Source: a virus
Taxonomy: Duplodnaviria > Caudoviricetes
Direction: 5' to 3' (one strand)
Length of the DNA stretch: 64,000 nt
IMG/VR virus record: IMGVR_UViG_3300021255_002065
Span: 84,095-148,094 of that record
Shown here: positions 10,294 to 20,372 of the stretch, in pieces
Position numbering within the stretch: the stretch's first letter is position 1
Layout of the letters: each line of letters begins with the position of its first letter
The notes under the pieces: model-generated
What the model was told of the DNA's origin: nothing
The model's input: only the letters and a program-made list of their open reading frames with translations
Database searches by the model: none
Position numbers and translations under genes: made by a program

Positions 10294-11898
10294 TCAGTCT
10301 TCTGGCATCTTCTCACTGTCTCTGAGTTGACCACGTTCATTTCTTACAGCAGTGGAGAATCCAACCGTTCTCTGGTTCTCGATATTACCGCCAGCCTGTT
10401 TAATCATTTCAATAATAAGCTCGCAACAATGAACAGTGTAATCCAGACCTTCAGATGTCATAGCAACTGCTTCTTTCATTTTTGTCATTGCTTCAGCTAA
10501 TGCTTTCACACCACTCATGTATGCACCTTGTGCACGAGGATCAATTTCAGCATCTTTCTTCTGTAATGCCTTTACAATTTTTGCAAGCTGAGAAGTTCCA
10601 GAACCACTTACTTCATGCTGAAGATTTGTGAGTGTATCATTCATATGGTTCAATGTATCAGAAATTGCATCATACGCCTCAGTCAATTGCTGACCTGTAA
10701 AGCTTGTATGATCATCACTCTTAATGGTTTCTGTCATTTTATTATAGCACTCACGAAGTTTATTAGCTTTCGTCTCTAGAGAACGTGCCCATCCCTGTGC
10801 TTGATTGAATCCAATTGTGTATTTATCACCATGATCATTGACGTGACCACCACTTGAAGTAACTTTATTGTCAGCTCTATCAAGTTTGCCACACCAATCA
10901 TTCAAATCGTCAAGTGCTTTGCTTGCATTATTTAATGCAGAAACAAATTTCTTATTAAGAATCGGAAGTCCTTTAAATTTACCAGTAACAGCTGCATCAA
11001 CAGCAGTCTTTGTGAATTTTTCATCAACGACTTCTTTTACTGTCTTTTCTTTCTTGAGTCCATCTGTAGACTTGGCCTGGTTTGCCCAGCTTTCAAAATT
11101 ACCGTCTGAAATATTTGCCGGAAGCGAACCGTTACCTCTATTTGAATTGCGGCCTCCACCAGGAAGCTGATGATCGGTTGCTACACGACCTCTACTACCA
11201 GAATCAACAGATGAACTGCGACCCGTTCCCCCATCGTTTTCTTGTCTTGCACCACCCGGAAGCTGATGACCTACGGACACAGGTCTTCCATTTTTATTAC
11301 CAGCAACAAATGTACTTCCAGCCTTTGGTGATGCCTGTCCAGGTCCAGGAAGCTGACGACTAGTACTGAGTGCAGATCTTGTCGCAGATGACAATGTACT
11401 TCCAGAACGAATGCTTGAGGTAAATGTCGGAGTACTCCAGGAAGAATTAATTCTGCTTCTAGTTCCAGAACTTGCTCCAGATACAGCTCTTGCGGCAGTG
11501 TGTACAGTATTTCTACGACGAGTCAATCTACGAATCAACCATCTGAAGAAATTGATAATTGCCATAATCAGACGAGGCAGGAATAGCAGAAATCTTGTCA
11601 ACATTCTTTCACCAGGCTGTCTTGCAAGTCTTTCATTCGCTTGATCAATTGCACGGTCTGTTTTTACACGATGTTCATACATACGAGCTCTTACTCTTGT
11701 CCCAAATCCAGGACCATTATTTGTTGTAGCAGCTTCCATTAAGAACTCCTCAGGAATGATAGATTCATCGAAATCGTATTGCTCCAAAATTGTAGAATTC
11801 TTAATACAATCATTCATTAAATCATAAGCTGTATCCAATTCAGCAGATACGGCATATTCGTTAATAATATCAAACATTGTTTGTGTCATAATAATCAA
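10294..11898 (-). CDS. Virion head protein, leader-bearing paralog family
   Basis: Leader ELDTAYDLMNDCIK, FLME|A site, Arg-rich amphipathic helix, three QLPG repeats. Confidence 0.65.
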   Translation of the reverse strand: MIIMTQTMFDIINEYAVSAELDTAYDLMNDCIKNSTILEQYDFDESIIPEEFLMEAATTNNGPGFGTRVRARMYEHRVKTDRAIDQANERLARQPGERMLTRFLLFLPRLIMAIINFFRWLIRRLTRRRNTVHTAARAVSGASSGTRSRINSSWSTPTFTSSIRSGSTLSSATRSALSTSRQLPGPGQASPKAGSTFVAGNKNGRPVSVGHQLPGGARQENDGGTGRSSSVDSGSRGRVATDHQLPGGGRNSNRGNGSLPANISDGNFESWANQAKSTDGLKKEKTVKEVVDEKFTKTAVDAAVTGKFKGLPILNKKFVSALNNASKALDDLNDWCGKLDRADNKVTSSGGHVNDHGDKYTIGFNQAQGWARSLETKANKLRECYNKMTETIKSDDHTSFTGQQLTEAYDAISDTLNHMNDTLTNLQHEVSGSGTSQLAKIVKALQKKDAEIDPRAQGAYMSGVKALAEAMTKMKEAVAMTSEGLDYTVHCCELIIEMIKQAGGNIENQRTVGFSTAVRNERGQLRDSEKMPED

Positions 11899-11903
11899 TC
11901 TCC

Positions 11904-12461
11904 TTATCTATTATATTTTGAATTTGCTTTATGCATCACTGGTGTGGTTGGGTCATTATAATATACGCGAAGTTCCGATGAAATGGATTGATTTGTGGTC
12001 AACCACATGTAGATTAGCATATCATCATGATTCACCTTTGCCAATTTCTTATACTGTTTTTCCGTCACTCTTGCGACATTTAATGTTTCATTATCCACAC
12101 TCTTTTTCATCGCACGAATAAAAGCATTTAGTTCTTTAGAACGTTCGATGAATTTATAATTCAAATCGGGAAATTCAGATATTGTGATTTTCTTACGATA
12201 CTTATCACTCTCAAACATCTTGTTGTAAAATGTATAGGTGGATTCCAATACTTTGTGTTTATATGTCTTTTCACCAGAGCTTTTGTATTCACGATATCCT
12301 TTGAGATATTTAATCATCTCATCCAGAATTTTTGTATAATTCAATATGGTGTGTTCACCAATTCTCGAATTACCCTGATTACGATGGGAGGAATCCTGTA
12401 CCGCAGTAAACAAATCACGGTTCTTCAATACATAATCTTGTACAGCTAATGTATCTTCCAT
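11904..12461 (-). CDS. Hypothetical protein
   Basis: ORF with GGAGGGG RBS before MEDT, coupled to the upstream gene. Confidence 0.6.
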   Translation of the reverse strand: MEDTLAVQDYVLKNRDLFTAVQDSSHRNQGNSRIGEHTILNYTKILDEMIKYLKGYREYKSSGEKTYKHKVLESTYTFYNKMFESDKYRKKITISEFPDLNYKFIERSKELNAFIRAMKKSVDNETLNVARVTEKQYKKLAKVNHDDMLIYMWLTTNQSISSELRVYYNDPTTPVMHKANSKYNR

Positions 12462-12463
12462 AC

Positions 12464-14140
12464 TTAACCCCTCCATCCTTCAGGATAATTGACACCAACT
12501 TGCCACATACGATCTGTACGATTCACCGGTCTCATACGAAGAATTTCTTGGAGACATCGATTGAGATCATTCTGCATTTGTACCAGATATTGACGATTGT
12601 GTGGCACAATGTATCGATAGTCATGTGTGTCCAAGCAGTTTAAATAGAAATCAACCAATTCCAGTTTAGAACAACAATATCCAGCAATCATAGATTGGTC
12701 ATTTGCATCACGAATTGCATTTTTCTGTGTAACAATATAGGCAACTACTTCACGAGGAATTGGTTTCAATTTCTTTGGTTTCACCAACATTGCACCAAAC
12801 TCTTGATAATATTCTTCTTCATCATATTCACGATACCGTTGTACATATTCCTTTTTCACTTGTGGAATATCCTTCACTGGAGAAGGTGGATCTGGATAAG
12901 ATGATTTACTGGAAGATGCACTTGCTTTTGAAGGCATTGCATCATTCGATGAGGATATGATCTTATTATTCGTTTCAAATGAAGATTTCTGTGAGGGCAT
13001 CATCGGTGGTGTTGTACCACCAGCACCAGAAGTTGTACCAGCACCTCTACCATGAACAACAGCTGGTTCATACGAACTATCACTTTCTTTTGCAAAACCA
13101 ACATCTTGATCATCTACATCCTCGATGTCAATATCGATGTCTTTCTTACGACCTTTCAAGAACTTCTCGATTGATTTCTCTTTGTCAGAATCTTTGTCAT
13201 GATCGTTATCGTCATCTTCTTCATTAGACTGCTTTTTATCATCGTAATATTGCTTTACTTTCTTAGCACCTTTCTTAACGACTTTCTTAGCAGCTTTCTT
13301 GGCAGCATACTTTGCACCTTTCTTAACGACTTTCTTAGCAACTTTTGATCCGATGTATGTACCCATGATACCATTTTCATCACCGGCATCTTCTTCAGAA
13401 TCCTCTTCGTCTTCCTCAGCATCATCGTCATCATCATCTTCGGATTCCCCATCCATCGGTTCCTCATCTGGTTCTTCTTCATCTGTTTCGTGGTCTAAAC
13501 CAATTTCTTCATAATCATTTTCATCAACAGTATCTTCTGCTTTCACTTCTTTGATTTCCCTGATTTCTTCAGGAACTTTTGCCAAAGAATGACGAAGTTC
13601 TTTAGGTGCACCTTTTCCTTCTTTGTCTTTGATGTCAAGATAGTCTGCAGTTAAATCCATCACAGAGGTATCTTTTTCATCACCATGCTTTGTCAAGTCC
13701 ATGGTATAATTAGAACCGTTTTTCATATCTGTGTCGGAAGAACCAAAGTGCCCATCTGGATTCATGGCGCCAACCACCATACCAATTGCATGATGCATTG
13801 CATGTGGTTCATCAATATGTTTATGCATCATTCCCAAGTGTGGTAAATGTGTCATACTGATGTATTTCACTTTGTTATCAATGTCTTCCTTATCATCAAA
13901 TAGAGAACCAGATTCAATTGCATCAACGACAGCATTCTCCACATATACATCCATATCTTTGGGAATTAACATTTCAATCGAGTTACGTTCACCGAACAAA
14001 CGGGGTACGTCACCATCATATTCCATAATCAAACAATTGGAACATTTCTTTTCCGGGAACTGAATCGTTAAGACTTGATGCAGCATGTCACCGTCACGAT
14101 TGTCAATTGCTTTCTTGATTAGATCTCTCGTTAGATTCAC
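12464..14140 (-). CDS. Probable virion head protein with acidic and Lys-rich low-complexity middle
   Basis: 558 aa. Poly-D/E tract, KVAKKVVKKGAK repeats, YYQE|F site before a helical C-terminal domain ending NYPEGWRG. Confidence 0.55.
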   Translation of the reverse strand: MNLTRDLIKKAIDNRDGDMLHQVLTIQFPEKKCSNCLIMEYDGDVPRLFGERNSIEMLIPKDMDVYVENAVVDAIESGSLFDDKEDIDNKVKYISMTHLPHLGMMHKHIDEPHAMHHAIGMVVGAMNPDGHFGSSDTDMKNGSNYTMDLTKHGDEKDTSVMDLTADYLDIKDKEGKGAPKELRHSLAKVPEEIREIKEVKAEDTVDENDYEEIGLDHETDEEEPDEEPMDGESEDDDDDDAEEDEEDSEEDAGDENGIMGTYIGSKVAKKVVKKGAKYAAKKAAKKVVKKGAKKVKQYYDDKKQSNEEDDDNDHDKDSDKEKSIEKFLKGRKKDIDIDIEDVDDQDVGFAKESDSSYEPAVVHGRGAGTTSGAGGTTPPMMPSQKSSFETNNKIISSSNDAMPSKASASSSKSSYPDPPSPVKDIPQVKKEYVQRYREYDEEEYYQEFGAMLVKPKKLKPIPREVVAYIVTQKNAIRDANDQSMIAGYCCSKLELVDFYLNCLDTHDYRYIVPHNRQYLVQMQNDLNRCLQEILRMRPVNRTDRMWQVGVNYPEGWRG

Positions 14141-14187
14141 ATCTTATCAGTCCTTTCTATTAAATTATTTTAAAGGAGATGCTTATT

Positions 14188-14664
14188 ATGCATATCACAT
14201 TTGATTTGAATTCCATTTTCATCATAATTGGAATTCTTTGTTGTTTCGTATTTCATCTTGTCACATGGTTGCATATTGATAAAATGCAACGACAAATGAA
14301 TCAGTTTGCCACGTTACTATATCGCATTCATCAAAAGTATGATGATTGTCGTGATACATTATACGAAGTAGATGAATATACCAAGCAGTTACACGAAGGT
14401 TTTTCCATACTTCAGGCAGCATACAAAAAGGTTTATGGAGAAAAGCATATGCCAACCCCACAAGAAGCCGAACAGATTGAATCATCCATACGGGATCTAT
14501 TAGCAATTGAGATTGTCTTATCACAAGATATGAATGTACCTAGAAGAGATTCTGTAAACAATGTTATCTTATCCACAATTCGAACGTATCCAAATATTAA
14601 TGAAGAATATATTATTAAGAAAGCAACAAGTATTATCACACAATTTGTCAAGGACAATCAATAA
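14188..14664 (+). CDS. Membrane protein (N-terminal TM helix plus coiled coil)
   Basis: AAAGGAG RBS; hydrophobic IFIIIGILCCFVFHLVTWL; convergent with the capsid gene. Confidence 0.6.
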   Translation: MHITFDLNSIFIIIGILCCFVFHLVTWLHIDKMQRQMNQFATLLYRIHQKYDDCRDTLYEVDEYTKQLHEGFSILQAAYKKVYGEKHMPTPQEAEQIESSIRDLLAIEIVLSQDMNVPRRDSVNNVILSTIRTYPNINEEYIIKKATSIITQFVKDNQ

Positions 14665-14677
14665 TTGGAATAAGATG

Positions 14678-14697
14678 TGCGGGGCATATGCCCCGCA
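14678..14697. terminator. Perfect palindrome TGCGGGGCATATGCCCCGCA
   Basis: Lies between convergent genes; probable bidirectional terminator. Confidence 0.7.
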
Positions 14698-14746
14698 ATC
14701 ATCTTATCCTATATAAAATTCTTGGAGGAATTGATTATGTTAGATA

Positions 14747-16909
14747 TTAGCCGCCTGTACCGGAACCACCAGAAGCTGTTGTTGTTTGAACCAGACCAGC
14801 CTTGATATCAGGAACAAGCTTAGTATTCTTACAGATTACCAGACCCTGAATACCTTGGATTGCAATTGTTCTGTACTGAGAAGATGTAGTAACCAGTACA
14901 GCCTGACCACCAGGATTGTTAATGTCTGCATAACCAGCATTTTCAGGAGAGTTGGTGAGGTGACGTGCAAATCTCAGATGCTTGTAACCAATATGGAATT
15001 TATCCATCGGATATGCAACAATTCGGAAGAAGTATTCACGAGACTTGTCTGTTGCAGTAGAACCATCCTGATATGCATCAATTGTCATGTATGCATCAAT
15101 TCTGTTGGATGCAACAACACGAATCGGAATTTCGGAATCAGTCATAACACCAAATGCATGGTTCATCATAATACCACCGATATTGGTAGACTTAGTTACT
15201 GTCCAAGATACAAACTTCTTGAGAAGTCTGGTAGCCTTCGGGTTTGCATAGATAACAAAGCCAAGGTTTTCCAATTTACCTCTGTCACAGAGTTCATAGA
15301 TCAGAGAATTGATTGCATTATGAATTGCATTGGTTCTGTATTCCCAAGGATCTCCAGCAAAGCTGTTGGAAATGGAACAAGGATCCAGATCAACATATTC
15401 AGTATGTGTATAAGAATCCAGTGCATATACATCAGATTCATATCCATCATATTTTGCAAATTCATCTTCCAGGAAGTCCAGAATATACTGGTCTTCGAAC
15501 ATTTCCTGAGCTGTTACGAGTTCCTGAACCAGTCTGTTGTAGAGGTTGAAGTTGAGAGAAGCATTAGCTTCAGCAAAGTCTTCTACTGTAAACGGAAGCT
15601 GGAATCTCATACCATCGGAAATGAGGAATTTACGAATTTCAGGATATTCACGGAAACCAACAGTTCTCAGGTTGGTTTCATTGGACATTCTACCCTGAAT
15701 ATAGAAACCGGTGATCACACCACATGTAGATGCAGTGACATAACCCTTTACAAAGTCAACAATACCTGCGAGGTAGTCGGAGATACCAGTTACAGTCTGT
15801 CCAGTCGGCAGGTTGTTTGCATCAACAATCGGAAGAACCATTTCTTCGGTGATTCTACCGTTCTCGAATACACCACCGTTCTGTACGTCGATTGCAATAC
15901 CAGCACCCGGAAGCTTTACTTTAGAACCACCAGTAACAGTACCGGTTTTCTTGTAATATTTGCCAGCTTCCCATGTAGGAGCAGATGCGCCAGTTACAGC
16001 AGTATATGTTGTACCAGTAGATGTGTAGTAATCAGTGTACTTTGTAGCCCAATCACTCGGCTGAGAAGTGGTGAGTGCATAAGTATCAATATCAGTGCCT
16101 GCAGTACCAATCTGCACATACTGGATGTTGAAGTCGTAAGACAGTCTGGCTCTTAGATTGGACTTTCTGTCGATAGAGAAATCATTGCCATCATCATCCA
16201 GAAGCCATGTGTACATATCAAACTTCTTATTCGGAGAAGCCTGGATCTGGGAAATTAGCAGAGGCGCATTATCCTTGATTCTGTAACCCTTACCTGCATT
16301 CCAGAGTTTCTTCCACAGCGGCTTACCATCTTCATCCTTTACAAACCAGATCTTCGGTGTTTCATATTCTTCACCAGTCTGATTGTTTACCAGATACTTT
16401 ACGAAGATACGCTGTTCGATATTTGTAGAGTTTGCAGTCTGAACAGGAATCAGTTCCTTACCGAGGAATCTTACATACTGCTTTACGAGAGCCGGGAAGT
16501 CCAGAGTTGCAAGCGGTAGATAGTTAGATACGTTATAAGATTCCTGTACCAGGAAGGACTGTGCAGAAGAATCCCACGCTTTATCAATCTGATCGATGAC
16601 AGATTCCAGATGTACCTTTTCAGCTTCTACTTCTGTTTCATCTTTCAGAGCTGTCAATTCCTGAATAACCGGTTCAAGCAGCATCTGCTTGTATTCTTCC
16701 ATGATGGCAGGATTCTCCATCATTCTCTTTGCGTCCTTCATTACATTGACGCCGTTATATGCTCTTTTCAGTGTTCCAACAGTATTTTCGAAATGTCTAT
16801 CAAATCCATCAGACAAGTTGTCAAGTTCTGTCTGAGATGCGGAATTGATCATTGCTTGCTGTTCCTGGAACCATGTGCCATGTGAGGCAGCGGAACGTCC
16901 GTATGCCAT
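14747..16909 (-). CDS. Major capsid protein precursor
   Basis: ~720 aa, start moved to MAYGRS after AAGGAG. Strong high-expression codon bias (TTC/AAC/CTG), ~120-aa helical propeptide ending FLVQE|S, downstream of the prohead protease, size typical of jumbo-phage MCPs. Confidence 0.8.
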   Translation of the reverse strand: MAYGRSAASHGTWFQEQQAMINSASQTELDNLSDGFDRHFENTVGTLKRAYNGVNVMKDAKRMMENPAIMEEYKQMLLEPVIQELTALKDETEVEAEKVHLESVIDQIDKAWDSSAQSFLVQESYNVSNYLPLATLDFPALVKQYVRFLGKELIPVQTANSTNIEQRIFVKYLVNNQTGEEYETPKIWFVKDEDGKPLWKKLWNAGKGYRIKDNAPLLISQIQASPNKKFDMYTWLLDDDGNDFSIDRKSNLRARLSYDFNIQYVQIGTAGTDIDTYALTTSQPSDWATKYTDYYTSTGTTYTAVTGASAPTWEAGKYYKKTGTVTGGSKVKLPGAGIAIDVQNGGVFENGRITEEMVLPIVDANNLPTGQTVTGISDYLAGIVDFVKGYVTASTCGVITGFYIQGRMSNETNLRTVGFREYPEIRKFLISDGMRFQLPFTVEDFAEANASLNFNLYNRLVQELVTAQEMFEDQYILDFLEDEFAKYDGYESDVYALDSYTHTEYVDLDPCSISNSFAGDPWEYRTNAIHNAINSLIYELCDRGKLENLGFVIYANPKATRLLKKFVSWTVTKSTNIGGIMMNHAFGVMTDSEIPIRVVASNRIDAYMTIDAYQDGSTATDKSREYFFRIVAYPMDKFHIGYKHLRFARHLTNSPENAGYADINNPGGQAVLVTTSSQYRTIAIQGIQGLVICKNTKLVPDIKAGLVQTTTASGGSGTGG

Positions 16910-16934
16910 AGAAAACATCTCCTTTGGTATCATA

Positions 16935-17543
16935 TTAATTCAATTGATTATTCTCGTTTGAATCTTTTAGCTTTTTCAAGTTGTCATTTAATTGCTGGAT
17001 TAGCATTGTATATAAAGCATCGAGTTTTTGAAAGAATATTAAATTCTCACCATATTTTGCACCAACAAAGTTTCCGATCAAGTAGGATTTACCCTTATCA
17101 AGTGCAGCTTTTAATCGAGTCATATTATCATCGTTTTCTCTAATTGCTTCATATGGAAGTAATGGAATTAATCGGTTGATACTTTCAATTGTATCTTCAA
17201 TCTCTTGGTTACGATCCATCATCTGTGTGTACAATCTCTGATTCAAAATTGAATTTGCTTTATCAGATAATTTAGCACCGGGATTCTGGGTACCTTCTTC
17301 TTGTTGTCCATCTTCTCCAGCGGCTGGGTCTCCACCCATATCCATTCCATCACCTGCGTCGAATGCCATGTCACCCATGTCCATTCCACCGCCATCTGGT
17401 AATGCGGGCGGATCACCCATAGAGGCATCGGGCGGAGCACCTGCTGAAGCATCCATGCCCATGTCTGCTCCACCAGCATCAAATGGTTCTGCAATACTGC
17501 CACCGGCTTCCATCACCATGACAAAGAAATTGTCTTCTTCCAT
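16935..17543 (-). CDS. Head/scaffold-like protein
   Basis: VMVME|A site, Gly/Asp/Met-rich N-terminus, helical C-terminus, immediately upstream of the MCP. Confidence 0.5.
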   Translation of the reverse strand: MEEDNFFVMVMEAGGSIAEPFDAGGADMGMDASAGAPPDASMGDPPALPDGGGMDMGDMAFDAGDGMDMGGDPAAGEDGQQEEGTQNPGAKLSDKANSILNQRLYTQMMDRNQEIEDTIESINRLIPLLPYEAIRENDDNMTRLKAALDKGKSYLIGNFVGAKYGENLIFFQKLDALYTMLIQQLNDNLKKLKDSNENNQLN

Positions 17544-17573
17544 TTGATTGCGTCACCTCCGTACATTTCATAA

Positions 17574-20369
17574 TTAAATCCATCCACCATAATCATATCC
17601 ATGACGATTCATGGGATGTAATGGTGCGGCTTTTTGCAACGAATTCGTTGTCACATTTGTTGCTTTCTCTACCATCTTACGACGGATTCTCATGAGTTGA
17701 TATTTCTCCTCATGTTTCCCTTCTGCATTGGCTCGACGAATCTTATCATCGATAATCTCCAATTCTGTTACAAAATCCTTTTGGACTTCTTTCTTCATAC
17801 GATCACGGTTTGCAAATTGAATTGCTCCCCGACCAAGTGCAAGACATCCAATCAATGGACCAAGTGCAAATGCAACAGTGTACATGCCAAGATCCGTTGC
17901 AATACGGAAAACTTTACGAACGAGTGTTCGATAATTTTTATCTTCCACCATTCGTGCTTTCTGTTCGTTTTCATCTCGAGCCAGAATTGTGTCAACTTGT
18001 TTGGTGACCCAATCACGTGTTCGTTCAAAGGGTTGACCAATTGCTTTCACAGTATTCTGAGCTTGGATAAATCCTTTCTTGGCTTTCTCTTGTTTATCCA
18101 GTAACTTGCGATCGAAATCTTGTGCTTTTACCATAAGACTTTCATGAGGTTTTGGATTATAATCGGGAATCAATCCCATATCAGCACCAAATCCACCGAC
18201 AAGAGAACCGGCGACTTTGGAGGCACCTTCTTCAACTAATAGGGGCTCTTTGGAATTTAACATATCAAATACTTCTTGAATGCTTTTGCCGGTGGAAAAT
18301 GTGGCATCATTCATTTGGTTCTGATCACTTGTATCCATAAGATTAGAGGAAGATGTGTCATTATTATAATTGTTTGATCCCCTGTTTTGGTAGGGGTTGA
18401 ATCCACGTCGATAACGATTGTTTGAAGTTCCACCCGTCGTCTTATTAATGGATCGATCAACTGTATTGGTGGAGGTACCACCCGTTGTTTTATTTTGAGA
18501 ACGATCAGTTGTGATGTTATGAGAATCGGTTGTATTGGTAGTATTGTTGGAGTTGTTGTAGTTGTATGTGATGTTATACACGATATGTGAGTTTTGGTCT
18601 TTTGGTGTCACCTCAGCAGTTGCGCCGAATCCATCTTCTAAATTCATATCACCATTTTCATCCGGTTGTACTTCGTCCACACGATCTTCAATAGAATTGA
18701 TTAATGTGTTGATATCATTTGTGGGAACACCTTCTGGAAGAGGTGCTTCTTCTACATCGATATCTGGTTTCTCTGTATTTTTAATACGGTCTTGCATGTA
18801 CGCTGGCACTTTACCATCAATCTCATATCCAAGTGATTCACCAATGAATTCCAATAAATCATTTTCGGACAATCCGGCATTGTATGCTTTATCTGGTAAT
18901 GTGGAAATATCCATGTGACAAGCTTCTCTGATGACTTTACCAATATATGGATAATCACCCATATCAAAATCCCCAAGTGATGTAATCATGGTAAGTGCTT
19001 GTTCTGACACTTTAGATGATGTGAGTTTCACCGGTTTCATTTTGTCATCGTCTTTTGCTTTCGTATAAGGTGTTGCTTTATTGGAATTATCATTAATACG
19101 AGCACGGACAGATTTCACAAATCCATCTTCGGTTTCAAACTCATCTTTCTTTTCAGATTGGGGTAATACATTATATAGGATATCCAGATAGATACGAGAA
19201 TCAAAGATATTAAACAGAACAAGCAATGTGTGATTGGAGATATATGCTTGTGGATCAGATACCAATCTCAGAGATAAGAAGTCTTCCAAGAATTTAATGG
19301 TTCCTTCTTTATCTGCTTTGAATGTGGTGAATAAATCATAATCCTTAAACCGTTTTACATTCTTATCTTGATCAATAATGGAATCGTAAGAATCCGTATA
19401 TTTCTTCAGATTCTTTTCATTGAATAAACGATCTCTGAATAATGCGGGATCCATAAATACACGTGCAAGAATTGATGGTAATACCATAGATGTATAATCA
19501 TCCGGATTTACATGATTCTTACGATCATTCAACCAATTCTTTACATCCTCTGGTGTATTGCATTCACGTAATCCTGCAATCAGTTTCTTAATCACAGAAA
19601 CAAACTGTTGGGATGGTTGAAAACGATTCTGATGATAACGAATATGATTGGGATTAATCATGGAAAAGAAATTGATTTCTGCTTGTTCGTTAAAGGATTC
19701 TTCTTTTGTAATCTCAACGGAAATATCCCGATGTTCTTTAAAACGTTTTAGTTCAGATTCCAATTTCATTGTTTTTGGTAATTGAATCTGATCCGTACGG
19801 AAGATTCCCTTGACATAGGTTTCTCCATCAAAAATACGAAATATATTTCTATCACCAATAATATCACGAATATCACTCAATGACAATTCGGAATCGAATA
19901 TCGATAATGGTCTTTGATAATGCGATGGTGTTGTGAATAATGTCATATCACATATGCCATCTAACAATTGATTGAATTCCGTTTTGTGAGAATCAATAGT
20001 TTGTGTCATTTGATATGCGATATAAGAATGAATCTTTCCCATATCCGTGTCATCATTCTCATCAGACAAGGTGTCCATTACATCTTCATAGTTACCAAGC
20101 TTTTGTGGGATATCTCGAATTTCATCCAATGCTTCTTCAATACGAGATCCATCGTGAAACCACGATGGATCAATGCGATTAAACCATTTTATCATATTAA
20201 ACAGAGATGGTTCCAACTCTTCATCATTATCTTCATCTAGATCGGGGAAATCTTTTGTCTTAAATCCAGATTGTACAAATTTACGAATGGCATCTGCTGC
20301 AGCTTTCATTTCTTCCATATAATCCGAGTCAACATGCATTTCCAATGTGTTTTCAGTTGTTGCTGCCAT
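17574..20369 (-). CDS. Large virion head protein
   Basis: 931 aa between protease and MCP. Asn/Thr-rich repeat (DRSxNKTTGGTS x2), LVEE|G site, hydrophobic hairpin near the C-terminus. Confidence 0.55.
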   Translation of the reverse strand: MAATTENTLEMHVDSDYMEEMKAAADAIRKFVQSGFKTKDFPDLDEDNDEELEPSLFNMIKWFNRIDPSWFHDGSRIEEALDEIRDIPQKLGNYEDVMDTLSDENDDTDMGKIHSYIAYQMTQTIDSHKTEFNQLLDGICDMTLFTTPSHYQRPLSIFDSELSLSDIRDIIGDRNIFRIFDGETYVKGIFRTDQIQLPKTMKLESELKRFKEHRDISVEITKEESFNEQAEINFFSMINPNHIRYHQNRFQPSQQFVSVIKKLIAGLRECNTPEDVKNWLNDRKNHVNPDDYTSMVLPSILARVFMDPALFRDRLFNEKNLKKYTDSYDSIIDQDKNVKRFKDYDLFTTFKADKEGTIKFLEDFLSLRLVSDPQAYISNHTLLVLFNIFDSRIYLDILYNVLPQSEKKDEFETEDGFVKSVRARINDNSNKATPYTKAKDDDKMKPVKLTSSKVSEQALTMITSLGDFDMGDYPYIGKVIREACHMDISTLPDKAYNAGLSENDLLEFIGESLGYEIDGKVPAYMQDRIKNTEKPDIDVEEAPLPEGVPTNDINTLINSIEDRVDEVQPDENGDMNLEDGFGATAEVTPKDQNSHIVYNITYNYNNSNNTTNTTDSHNITTDRSQNKTTGGTSTNTVDRSINKTTGGTSNNRYRRGFNPYQNRGSNNYNNDTSSSNLMDTSDQNQMNDATFSTGKSIQEVFDMLNSKEPLLVEEGASKVAGSLVGGFGADMGLIPDYNPKPHESLMVKAQDFDRKLLDKQEKAKKGFIQAQNTVKAIGQPFERTRDWVTKQVDTILARDENEQKARMVEDKNYRTLVRKVFRIATDLGMYTVAFALGPLIGCLALGRGAIQFANRDRMKKEVQKDFVTELEIIDDKIRRANAEGKHEEKYQLMRIRRKMVEKATNVTTNSLQKAAPLHPMNRHGYDYGGWI

Positions 20370-20372
20370 TCA

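Noticed and set aside
14786-16156. 456-aa + strand ORF
   Set aside because: Antisense to the MCP and explained by its strong codon bias; no RBS or motifs
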